DNA from: Candidatus Bathyarchaeota archaeon
GTDB lineage: Archaea > Thermoproteota > Bathyarchaeia > 40CM-2-53-6
NCBI GenBank assembly: GCA_005881615.1
Contig: VBBR01000032.1
Location: forward strand, 3,183 to 67,182
Direction of reading: 5' to 3'
Length of the DNA stretch: 64,000 bases
Below are positions 18,430 to 27,160 of this stretch, in pieces; within the stretch, counting starts at the first letter, position 1; every line of letters starts with the position of its first letter. A program made the position numbers and the translations under genes. The notes beneath the pieces are model-generated. The model did no database searches, was not told where the DNA came from, and saw only the letters and a list, made by a program, of their open reading frames with translations.

Positions 18430-19143
18430 ATGCCAATAACACTTGAACAAGTCCGACGATTCCTCGGCAGAACCCTCCAAGACCCCTACGGCAGAGCCTT
18501 CGGCAAAGTCGTAGGCATCTCCGCCAACCTCAGAGACGAGGTAACCGGAGTAGGAATAGAGGAAGGCAACGGAGAATTCCTCCAATGCCCCGGCGACAGA
18601 GTCACCATAACAGGTGACACTCTCGTCCTGGCACCGGCCTGGAAGGTGGAAGCAGAGGAGTTCCGGAAAGAATTCGACATCGTAACTAGACGCCTCCGAG
18701 CCCTTGACGAGCTGTTCAGTGTCGGCGACATCCAGAAGGACGTCTACGAGGATCTAAGGAAACAGCACGAGGACGCGATCAACGAGCTGAAAGGCAAGAG
18801 AAAGGAGATAATCGACACTCTGGCTCAACGAACCAGCGTTCTCAACACGCAGTTGCGACAGTTACAGACACACCTCGCAGGCAACAAGATGTTGCATGCG
18901 TCCGGCGAGTTCGACGATATGAATTACAAACAGGCTAGCGACGCTATCGACAGCGGTCTCGTCCGCGCGATGGCCGAGAAGAAGGACGTTGAGTCAATCT
19001 ACAGTTACCTACAGAAGCTCGACGCGGCCCAAGCGCCCCCCGCTGCACAACAGCCCCAACCCATAGCTCCAACCCCTCAACCAACCACAACAACCTCCCC
19101 CGCGAGAGACCCTGTTCTAGTACTTCACGTGAGGGAGACTTAG
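18430..19143 (+). CDS. cdvA: CdvA (PRC-barrel + coiled-coil cell-division protein)
   Basis: N-terminal PRC-barrel-like segment (LGRTLQDPYGRAFGKVVGI...GVGIEEGNGEFL...), a long coiled coil, and a Pro/Gln-rich tail. Located between two cdvB-type genes. Confidence 0.75.
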   Translation: MPITLEQVRRFLGRTLQDPYGRAFGKVVGISANLRDEVTGVGIEEGNGEFLQCPGDRVTITGDTLVLAPAWKVEAEEFRKEFDIVTRRLRALDELFSVGDIQKDVYEDLRKQHEDAINELKGKRKEIIDTLAQRTSVLNTQLRQLQTHLAGNKMLHASGEFDDMNYKQASDAIDSGLVRAMAEKKDVESIYSYLQKLDAAQAPPAAQQPQPIAPTPQPTTTTSPARDPVLVLHVRET

Positions 19144-19195
19144 GAGGATTCAAGGGCTGTTCCGAAAATTCGAGGAGAAAGTCCATCCTATTCCG

Positions 19196-19960
19196 TTGAA
19201 AGAGCGCATAGCGCAAGCTTTGTTCCGACTCGGATCACAGAAAGAAAAACTAGAGCACATGTCCGCTAGGCTCCAGCAACGCGACAAAGAGATGTTTCAG
19301 CGATGCATCGGCGCTCAGCTCTCCAAGGATCCCTCTCACGCAGCTCTCTACGCCAACGAGTGTGCTGAGATTCGGAAAATGGCTCATCTTACGCTCAGCA
19401 GTGAACTGGCCCTCGAACGTGTCATCCTCCGAATGCAGACGGTCGAAGAGTTCGGCGACATTATGGCCCAGATCGCACCGGTCATCGGAGTCGTACGCGA
19501 GACACGCGGTAGAATTGCAGGTGTCATTCCCGAAGTGGCCAACGAGCTTGGCGAGGTCAACAACATGCTAAGTGACATGAGCATGGAAACCGGCCAGGTC
19601 GGCGAAGACCAGGGCTTCGACATGAGCGCCTCAAGCGCCGAAGCACGCAAGGTTCTCGAAGAATCCAGCGCCATTGCATCCCAAGAAATGAAAGAACGAT
19701 TCCCGGAGCTGCCAATGCCTGAGACCCGCCAACCAGTTCGAGAAGCCGCAACACGCGCCCCAGAACAAAGAATCCCCATCGCCATAACCACAAACGGCTC
19801 AGAAGAAGCTCCCCTGGAAGACAGGCTCCTAAGCTACATCAAATCACACAACGGAGAACTCAGCCTCAACAACTGCTCCGCAGAGCTCCTGGTCCCGAGC
19901 GACGACATCAGGCGTTCCCTACAACGGCTCAAGGATGACGGAAAGATAGTCATGGACTAG
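19196..19960 (+). CDS. cdvB: CdvB (ESCRT-III with C-terminal winged-helix-like domain)
   Basis: Snf7 core plus a C-terminal ...LSYIKSHNGELSLNNCSAELLVPSDDIRRSLQRLKDDGKIVMD winged-helix-like module, as in CdvB proteins that bind CdvA. Confidence 0.8.
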   Translation: MKERIAQALFRLGSQKEKLEHMSARLQQRDKEMFQRCIGAQLSKDPSHAALYANECAEIRKMAHLTLSSELALERVILRMQTVEEFGDIMAQIAPVIGVVRETRGRIAGVIPEVANELGEVNNMLSDMSMETGQVGEDQGFDMSASSAEARKVLEESSAIASQEMKERFPELPMPETRQPVREAATRAPEQRIPIAITTNGSEEAPLEDRLLSYIKSHNGELSLNNCSAELLVPSDDIRRSLQRLKDDGKIVMD

Positions 19961-20255
19961 ACGGGAGATAAGTGCTCCCGTCCAAGCCCTTCAGTATCAC
20001 AAGAGGGGACAAGTAATCTCAGCATCCGAAGAACTGGAATCGCTTGCAGTAAAATACGCGAAAGAAGCTATCGAGCTGGAGAGAAAAGGCTCCAAACGGC
20101 TTGCCGCAACAAAATACCAGCGAGCCATCGAAGTCCTCCTCAAACTATGCTCATTATACCCAGCCGCGGTTCAAAACAAGGTCTACACGGAACACGTAGA
20201 AGCATACAAGAAACGAATCCAAGAACTCCAGTCAGACGAACCAATAACTCATTCT

Positions 20256-21161
20256 ATGGATTCGACTGAGACCCGTGAGTCCAAGACCATCAAGCTCGAT
20301 CAGTGGGTCCTGACGGAGAAACCGGACATCAGCTGGAGCGACATCGCCGACCTTGAGAAGCCGAAACGAGCGATCGAAGAATCAATAATCTTCCCCGTTC
20401 GAAGACCGGATCTCTTCCCTCTTGGCTGGCCTCGAGGAATACTCTTCTTCGGACCCCCAGGTTGCGGAAAAACCCTACTCGCTGCCGCCATTGCGAGCGA
20501 GATCAAGGGGATGTTCTTCTGTGCGGACGCCGCTTCCCTAATGTCAAAGTGGCTTGGAGAATCCGAACGAAACGTCTCCCAACTCTTCACAAAAGCAAGG
20601 GAAGTGTCTGAGAACGGGCAACCAGCCATCGTTTTCATCGACGAAATAGACTCGTTAATGGGCGTCCGGGGGGAAGAGGTCGGCGGAGAAGTCCGCGTCC
20701 GAAACCAGTTCCTCAAAGAGATGGATGGCATCCTCGACAAGAACAAGAAATTCCACGTCTACCTCATCGGTGCAACAAACAAGCCGTGGGTCCTGGACGA
20801 GCCGTTCATCCGACGCTTCCAGAAGAGAATCTACGTTCCACTACCAGACGTCAAAGCCCGCATGGACATGTTCCAGATCTATGCCCAGAATCTGAAGTTC
20901 CAGAACAACGTGGACTTCGCTGAGCTAGCGCGAAGGACTGAAGGCTACTCTGGAGGAGATATTCGCGATCTGTTCCAGTCCACCCAGATCAAGGTGGTCC
21001 GCGACTTCTTCCAGCGTGGTGCCGCTAACGATCTCAACGCTATTCCAGACCCGATTACTATGGAGGATTTCGAGACCATCATCGTGGGCCGACGGCCAAG
21101 CGTCTCGCAGAACATCATCAAACGATACTTCGACTGGGACGAATCGTTCAAGGCATCATAG
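20256..21161 (+). CDS. cdvC: CdvC / Vps4-type AAA+ ATPase (ATPase core from the first canonical ATG; MIT domain encoded in-frame upstream, 19959-20255)
   Basis: Walker A LFFGPPGCGKTLLAAAIA, Walker B IVFIDEIDSL, a SRH region and a Vps4 C-terminal helix. Upstream in the same frame with no ATG/GTG/TTG: ...ISASEELESLAVKYAKEAIELERKGSKRLAATKYQRAIEVLLKLCSLYPAAVQNKVYTEHVEAYKKRIQEL, a clear MIT domain. Confidence 0.85.
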   Translation: MDSTETRESKTIKLDQWVLTEKPDISWSDIADLEKPKRAIEESIIFPVRRPDLFPLGWPRGILFFGPPGCGKTLLAAAIASEIKGMFFCADAASLMSKWLGESERNVSQLFTKAREVSENGQPAIVFIDEIDSLMGVRGEEVGGEVRVRNQFLKEMDGILDKNKKFHVYLIGATNKPWVLDEPFIRRFQKRIYVPLPDVKARMDMFQIYAQNLKFQNNVDFAELARRTEGYSGGDIRDLFQSTQIKVVRDFFQRGAANDLNAIPDPITMEDFETIIVGRRPSVSQNIIKRYFDWDESFKAS

Positions 21162-21174
21162 AGGATGAAAAGAC

Positions 21175-21645
21175 GTGAACCTTGACGGAACTGACCTACG
21201 CATCCTCGCGGAGCTCGTGGAGAACTCCAAACAATCCTATGTTGAGATAGGCCGCAAACTCGCCCTCCATCCCAACGTCATCGCCTACAGAGTCAACCGA
21301 CTAGAAGACGCCCACATTATCCGCGAATACACAACACTCATCGACTTCGGAAAGCTCGGCCTCTTAGAACAAGTCATCGTCGCCGCAAACTTCCCCAGCA
21401 GCCCCTCCAGAGAAGACATTCTGAAACAGATATGCGAGATCCCAGAAACCCTCAACGTCATCAGCTCCCTCGGAACCCCAGAAGGACTCGTCTTCATAGT
21501 CGCCCGCAACAAAGAGGTCGTAAACGCGGTCCTGTCAAAGCTCCGTTCAATGAACCTTGACATCGATTTCGCATCCTCAGTCATCAGGACCTATGACGAG
21601 GGACGCTTGGGAATGTTCCTCCGGTCCATGGCAGGCCCAGAATAG
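21175..21645 (+). CDS. Lrp/AsnC-family transcriptional regulator
   Basis: LDGTDLRILAELVENSKQSYVEIGRKLALHPNVIAYRVNRLEDAHII (HTH) plus a C-terminal RAM-like domain. Confidence 0.8.
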   Translation: MNLDGTDLRILAELVENSKQSYVEIGRKLALHPNVIAYRVNRLEDAHIIREYTTLIDFGKLGLLEQVIVAANFPSSPSREDILKQICEIPETLNVISSLGTPEGLVFIVARNKEVVNAVLSKLRSMNLDIDFASSVIRTYDEGRLGMFLRSMAGPE

Positions 21646-21659
21646 AAGGTCGATCCTAA

Positions 21660-22127
21660 TTGGAAAAGCCATCCTGGACCCCAATTGTCCTATCCGGCGC
21701 CATCCCACGAGAAGCCACGGACCTACTCGCAATTCTAGTGATTGGCATAGTAGCCCTCCAGGCGTCTCTTGCCGCAATAGGTCCAACAATCCCCGAGTCA
21801 CGACTCTGGCTCTCTCTCCTAGTTGTTCCACCGACATGTGCCCTAGCGTCTGTATCTACTACGACAAGACGGACGAAGGAGGAATTAGCCCTCTTCGCCT
21901 ACGGAGGCTCCGGCTGGCAGATTCTCCTACGCTACTTCATCAGAGGAGCGATCATTGCTCTGCTCGCATTCTCTCCAGTCCTGCTTCAAGAATTCCTCAC
22001 AACCACTCCGATGCTCGAACTAGCTACAACAGTGATCATTCTGTTGTTCGCAGGAGGTCTGTTCTATTCGCTACCCAGTCTTCGCCGAATACGATCCTCA
22101 TCGTTTGTTGAGCACTACAAGAGTTAG
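21660..22127 (+). CDS. small 4-TM membrane protein with FtsX/MacB-permease-like C-terminal signature
   Basis: RRTKEELALFAYGGSGWQILLRYFIRGAIIALLA resembles the FtsX-domain consensus (R.eiailkAlGas...il.qfl.E.l.l.l). Lacks the large extracytoplasmic domain of full-length FtsX/MacB. Sits 6 nt upstream of the ABC ATPase. Confidence 0.5.
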   Translation: MEKPSWTPIVLSGAIPREATDLLAILVIGIVALQASLAAIGPTIPESRLWLSLLVVPPTCALASVSTTTRRTKEELALFAYGGSGWQILLRYFIRGAIIALLAFSPVLLQEFLTTTPMLELATTVIILLFAGGLFYSLPSLRRIRSSSFVEHYKS

Positions 22128-22132
22128 CAAAC

Positions 22133-22828
22133 ATGCCATCTGTGATCGAAACAAGGTCAGTGGTCGTCGAATACCCTTCAGTCAAAGGGGTTCTGCGGCT
22201 CTACGAGCAAGGCGTTTCCTTGAAAGTGGATCAGGGAGACTTCCTCGCCGTCCTCGGCGGGTCTGGCTGGGGAAAATCAACACTCGTCAACGTAGTCTTG
22301 GGACTGGAGAAACCCATTCATGGGTCGGTCAGCTTTCGCGACCACGACGTCACACGGGAATCATTCGTAAAACGGTGTGCCTTGGTTAAGACAGCCGCCG
22401 TGTTTCAGCGTCCAACCGCGCTCCCGCAGATGACAGTTTCACAGAACCTGCACCTAGCCCTCTCGCTAGCGGGGGTCCCGAGAAAGGATCGAGATGAAAG
22501 GATCAAAGAAGCCCTCGCATTTTTTGGATTAGACAAGATCGAACGATCATACCCTGACGGGCTCAGCGCTGGCCAGCGAAGGCGAATCGATCTCGCAAGA
22601 GCTTTGGCCGTCAAACCCGAACTACTGGTGATCGACGAGCCGACGGGCGACTTAGATGGGTCCGCTACAAACCTGCTAATCCCTCTTCTAAGGGGACTAA
22701 ACCGGAACCAGGGAACAACAATTTTCATGACCACAGCACTGCCTCGTCAAGCGTCGCAAGCAAAGCACCAGGTGCATCTCAGACCGCCTTTGTACCTCAC
22801 TCCGGAAAACAGGATGATCGGAGACTAA
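22133..22828 (+). CDS. ABC transporter ATP-binding protein (FtsE/MacB/LolD-like)
   Basis: Walker A GGSGWGKST, signature LSAGQRRR, Walker B LLVIDEPTGDLD. Confidence 0.8.
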   Translation: MPSVIETRSVVVEYPSVKGVLRLYEQGVSLKVDQGDFLAVLGGSGWGKSTLVNVVLGLEKPIHGSVSFRDHDVTRESFVKRCALVKTAAVFQRPTALPQMTVSQNLHLALSLAGVPRKDRDERIKEALAFFGLDKIERSYPDGLSAGQRRRIDLARALAVKPELLVIDEPTGDLDGSATNLLIPLLRGLNRNQGTTIFMTTALPRQASQAKHQVHLRPPLYLTPENRMIGD

Positions 22829-22830
22829 CA

Positions 22831-23439
22831 ATGTTCCGCGACAATCCCTCATTAACCGACAGAATCCGGGAAGCGATCAAGCCGACACCGATGAAACAGC
22901 GGATCCAGTTCGCTTCCCACAAACTCCGTCTACAAACTACAAGGCTGGAGCGAAGCATTACCCAGATGGAATCACGAGACCAGACACTTCGAGATAAGTG
23001 CACCAAAGCACTGGAGGCGCGAGATACTCAAACCGCGACCGTTTTCGCAAACGAATGCGTCCAAATTCGAAAACTCATCAAGACATCCCTCCGAAGCCAG
23101 ATCTGCCTCGAACAAGCACTACTCCGCCTCGAGACGGTGGAACAGTTCGGCGACCTGGTCCACAGCATGGGCTCAGTCAAAGGACTCCTCGGCGCAGTAA
23201 GAGGCGAGCTAGAAGGCAAACTTCCCGAAATTTCAACAGGTATCGGCGATGTCGAAGACTCGCTAGAGAATCTCACGATGGAAATTGGGGAAGCAGTTGA
23301 CTCGGATGGGATGTCCATCCCGGTCAATGATGAATCCGCTCACATCTTGAAGGAGGCGGATCTTATGGCCGAGCAGAAGATGAAAGAGAAATTCCCTGAA
23401 ATTCCTCAGATAGCGAATCCGGCTCATCGAGTGAGGTAG
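22831..23439 (+). CDS. ESCRT-III / Snf7-family protein (third CdvB paralog, no winged helix)
   Basis: ...TVFANECVQIRKLIKTSLRSQICLEQALLRLETVEQFGDLVHSMGSVKGLLGAVRGELEGKLPEI... is colinear with the ORFs at 17690 and 19196. Confidence 0.75.
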   Translation: MFRDNPSLTDRIREAIKPTPMKQRIQFASHKLRLQTTRLERSITQMESRDQTLRDKCTKALEARDTQTATVFANECVQIRKLIKTSLRSQICLEQALLRLETVEQFGDLVHSMGSVKGLLGAVRGELEGKLPEISTGIGDVEDSLENLTMEIGEAVDSDGMSIPVNDESAHILKEADLMAEQKMKEKFPEIPQIANPAHRVR

Positions 23440-23557
23440 AATCTATCTGCTCTCTCCTGAGCTGGAGACGAAAGCTCTCCTCGGACGAAGTGTCAACGAC
23501 ATCTACGGCAGACTGCTAGGACGGGTAATCGGCATCGAGCGCAACCCCTTCGGAGAG

Positions 23558-24064
23558 ATGGAAGGAGTCCAGATAGAAGCGACAGGCGGAATTATTCTCA
23601 CAGCCAAAGCCAGGCAAATGGCCCTCACCCCGAAAACAATCACGATATCCCCGGAGTGGAAGCTTGAGTCCGAGGACATCATCTCCGAACTGACACTGTT
23701 GAGGAAGAGGATTGGTGCCCTGGAATCGTTGAAAGATTCGAGGGAGATTGACGGAGAAATCTATTCGGAGCTTCTCGAGTCGCAGAAGGCCGGCTACCTG
23801 GACAAGGTGAAACTGGCGAGCGCCCTGGTCGGCTCAATGCGATCTAGACTAGCCGAAATCACTGGACAAATCACGAGCCTGACAAGATATCTTGTCAATG
23901 CGAAGCTTGATCACAAGAGTGGGGAGCTTGACGAGGATTCTCTGAAACTCGCGCAGGGCTCTATCGAGCCGAGTCTTCGGCCTTTGATCGCGGAGAGAAA
24001 CGATCTTTCCCTGTCGATCAAAGTTGTCGAGCAGGTCCTGCCATCAAAGGTCAGCATTAACTAG
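23558..24064 (+). CDS. CdvA-like paralog (PRC-barrel + coiled coil); coding frame actually opens at 23435 with no canonical start before the ATG at 23558
   Basis: The in-frame upstream segment SPELETKALLGRSVNDIYGRLLGRVIGIERNPFGEMEGVQIE aligns with the CdvA N-terminus (MPITLEQVRRFLGRTLQDPYGRAFGKVVGISANLRDEVTGVGIE). The downstream part aligns with the CdvA PRC/coiled-coil region (ISPEWKLESEDI / LAPAWKVEAEEF). Confidence 0.6.
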   Translation: MEGVQIEATGGIILTAKARQMALTPKTITISPEWKLESEDIISELTLLRKRIGALESLKDSREIDGEIYSELLESQKAGYLDKVKLASALVGSMRSRLAEITGQITSLTRYLVNAKLDHKSGELDEDSLKLAQGSIEPSLRPLIAERNDLSLSIKVVEQVLPSKVSIN

Positions 24065-24190
24065 GACCCTACTATCCTTGTCCGGTTGAGGATAGGGAAG
24101 TGGCTACCTTCGACAGTCGGGTCCGGGTACTGTAACAGCCATATTTTCCGTTGCCATTTTCCAAATAACAGCGTAGAGTTGCGATGATTC

Positions 24191-24529
24191 ATGACCAGTA
24201 AAGCGAGAAAGAACAAGCCTACAAGGATCGAAAAGGTCCTGCCCTTGGACAAGGTTATCGGGTTCTTCCGTCAACGATTCCACGATCCCTATCTGAATCC
24301 GGAAGCTGAGTTGAGCTTCGTGGATTTTCAAACCGGCTTCCCGGAAGTTCCGCGCGAGGACTTGGAGGAAGGATTGTCTCACTGGGTTATGAGACCCGGC
24401 GCAAGAGTACTCTCAACGAAAACAACTGCTATTGATGGACTTGAACTGCAAGTGTGGTACATTCATGGGCTTCACGAGGAACACGCGGACTTGGAGGATT
24501 CAATGAGCCGGAGCCCCATCCAAGCCTAG
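24191..24529 (+). CDS. hypothetical protein
   Basis: 112-aa ORF, no recognisable motif. Confidence 0.3.
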   Translation: MTSKARKNKPTRIEKVLPLDKVIGFFRQRFHDPYLNPEAELSFVDFQTGFPEVPREDLEEGLSHWVMRPGARVLSTKTTAIDGLELQVWYIHGLHEEHADLEDSMSRSPIQA

Positions 24530-24984
24530 CAGCGAAAAGACGCAACCTCCATCAATCGACTTTCTTACTAATTAGAGTAGGAAATCATAATTCAATATTC
24601 GTGGGAAAATCTTCCGACCCCCCATTTTGAAATCAATTGTGGGAAATCGCCCATTGTCCGCCCTATTCTGAAATCTGGGACCCCCTCTGAACTCTCCCCT
24701 AAGAATCGTTCGTGTTTGGCTGAAATAATGACAGGTTTCGCCTCGGCATGCGAACTTGGATTGCGCCCTAAATCATTGGACTCGCCCATTATCATTGCAG
24801 ACACGAAATCGTCTCCCGAAAAAGTGGGGTATGTTTCAGCGGTTTTGTGACGCATGAGTGGGCTCCCCGGACCATCGTGAAAGTAATCGCCTCGAGCTAG
24901 CTCATCAATCCCGAGGATTCTCGATTACAGACAATTGAAGCCCTTATACCGATCGAAGACCCGCCGCGAAATCGCGAGATACGT

Positions 24985-25698
24985 TTGAAGGCGTTTGTTC
25001 TTGCCGGTGGCGCGGGAACCCGGCTCTCACCGCTAACAAGCTACGTCCCAAAAGGAATGATACCTATAGCTGGCAAGCCATTCATCGATTATGTCATCAG
25101 CTATCTCGCGAGCCATGGAATAAGAAACATCATCATGTTGCTATCCGATGAGGATAGCGAGGTATATCGCAACCACTTGGACGATGGATCGAAGTACGGT
25201 GTCAACATCGGGTACAGCATCAGTCCTCGAACAGGCACCTCGAACGCGCTCAAAGACGCCAGTAGCCACATTGACGGAACATTCCTTGTCTACTACGGCG
25301 ATGTCCTCACAAGTCTCGACCTAACCGATATGATTCGGTTCCACAGGGAGAAGAAAGCCGTTTGCACAGTCGCACTAAGCACCGGCGTCCGAATCGATTA
25401 CGGCGTCGGACGAGTCGACAAGGATAACAGGATAGAATATTTTGAGGAGAAACCGGTGCTCAAGGATTATCCTGTCGCGATCGGTGTATGCCTCTGCGAG
25501 CCCTCGTTCCTAAAGTACTGTTCAAGCGGATCAGACATAGCAGCAAACGTCATACCAGCACTCGTCGCCAAAGGCGAACGAGTCTACGGATACCTAACGC
25601 CGGAACCACACCACGACATCGGATCATTCAAGCAGCTGGACGAGGTAAAGAAGATCCTAAAGACTCACAGCAAGACGCAGACAAAGAGTCAGAACTAA
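24985..25698 (+). CDS. sugar-phosphate nucleotidyltransferase (NTP_transferase family)
   Basis: MKAFVLAGGAGTRLSPLTSYVPKGMIPIAGKPFIDY matches the G-x-G-T-R-L...K-P-M/L signature of glucose-1-phosphate nucleotidyltransferases. Confidence 0.7.
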   Translation: MKAFVLAGGAGTRLSPLTSYVPKGMIPIAGKPFIDYVISYLASHGIRNIIMLLSDEDSEVYRNHLDDGSKYGVNIGYSISPRTGTSNALKDASSHIDGTFLVYYGDVLTSLDLTDMIRFHREKKAVCTVALSTGVRIDYGVGRVDKDNRIEYFEEKPVLKDYPVAIGVCLCEPSFLKYCSSGSDIAANVIPALVAKGERVYGYLTPEPHHDIGSFKQLDEVKKILKTHSKTQTKSQN

Positions 25699-27098
25699 GT
25701 TATCCAGTGCGTCTCCTCAGCCGAATCCTCAACCACAAAACCAAGCTTGGCCATCCGATCGCGGATGCGATCAGCTGACTCGTAATCACGCTTGCTCCGC
25801 AGCTCGTTCCGCAGCTCCAGGACGAAGTTCACCAGCTCGGAAGCCCGGTTCTGCGCAACAGTCTCGGTCTCCAACACGCCAAGCACAGAGCCCAAGTCCT
25901 CCAAAGCACCAATTATCGCGTTCCCAGATTCGGCCTTCGGATTTCTTGCCTCCTCCTCTGCCAGCCCGACTATTCTGATGTAGGCAGCGAGCGCTCCCGG
26001 CGTGTTGAAGTCATCGTCCATGGCCTTGAAGAACTCGTCTCGCGCCTCGTCCAACGGTTTCAGAACCGAGTTTATCTCATTCTCGTTCCGAGTTATCTTG
26101 TCTCGAGCCAGCGCGAGCTGATCGTGCGCCCGCCTGAACCTTCTCGCAAGGCTAACCGCTTGCTGCAACGCCTCCTCGGTAAAGTCCAACGGACTCCTGT
26201 AGTGCGTTCCTGCGTAGAACACACGCAAACCCGGAGTGCCAACCTTTCTGACCATGTCCCGTATCGGGATAAAGTTCCCGAGCGATTTGTGCATCTCTTG
26301 TCCCTTGATGCTCATCAATCCGGTGTGAAGCCAATAGCGCGCCAATGGTTTCTTACCAGTCAGACTCTCCGCCTCGGCGATCTCAGCTTCATGATGAGGA
26401 AAGATGAGGTCCGAACCGCCACCATGCACATCATACGTTGGGCCAAAGTACGTTAGAGTAATCGCAGTGTCCTCGATGTGCCAGCCAGGCCGTCCCTTTC
26501 CCCAAGGACTCTCCCAGAATATCTCGCCAGGCTTCTGGCTCTTCCACAAGGCAAAGTCTCCAGGATTCTTCTTCCGCGGATCCGGATCAATCCGGTGAAC
26601 CGTAAGATCCGCAAGTTTTTGGTGGGAGAGTTTTCCGTAGCCTGGAAACTTGGAAATGTCGAAATAGACGTCTCCGTCAACCCTGTAAGCTATTCCCTTC
26701 TTGAGAAGTCCAGTGATCTGATCGAGGATTTCGGGAATATGATCCGAAGCCTTCGCGTACAGATTAACACTGTCCACGTGGAGTTCTTTCATGTCCTTGA
26801 AGAAAGCCCTCGCTAACCGATCGGCCAAAGCGAGCGGCTGTTCTCCTATATCGTGAGCCTTGTTGATGATCTTATCGTCAACATCGGTAATGTTGAGCAG
26901 AAAGAAGAGACTGAAGCCCTTCCTCCGCAAATAGCGGGCGATGATATCGTAAGCGACGTAGGTCTTCCCGTGGCCAATATGGGACACATCCCAGACCGTT
27001 GGGCCACAGACAAACATGTTCACCCGGTTGGCTCGGATAGTCTCGAACTTGTCCAGTTTCCGCGTCAGCGTATTGTAGACTCGAAGCTCAGAAGACAT
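25695..27098 (-). CDS. cysS: cysteinyl-tRNA synthetase
   Basis: Class I motifs: CGPTVWDVSHIGHGKTY (HIGH), KMSKS-like EMHKSLGNF; overall length 467 aa. Confidence 0.9.
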   Translation of the reverse strand: MSSELRVYNTLTRKLDKFETIRANRVNMFVCGPTVWDVSHIGHGKTYVAYDIIARYLRRKGFSLFFLLNITDVDDKIINKAHDIGEQPLALADRLARAFFKDMKELHVDSVNLYAKASDHIPEILDQITGLLKKGIAYRVDGDVYFDISKFPGYGKLSHQKLADLTVHRIDPDPRKKNPGDFALWKSQKPGEIFWESPWGKGRPGWHIEDTAITLTYFGPTYDVHGGGSDLIFPHHEAEIAEAESLTGKKPLARYWLHTGLMSIKGQEMHKSLGNFIPIRDMVRKVGTPGLRVFYAGTHYRSPLDFTEEALQQAVSLARRFRRAHDQLALARDKITRNENEINSVLKPLDEARDEFFKAMDDDFNTPGALAAYIRIVGLAEEEARNPKAESGNAIIGALEDLGSVLGVLETETVAQNRASELVNFVLELRNELRSKRDYESADRIRDRMAKLGFVVEDSAEETHWIT

Positions 27099-27160
27099 CG
27101 GATCTATCAGCGCGGAAACCTCACAGCCATTTCACTCAAGCTAGTCCTCTATAACAGGCT

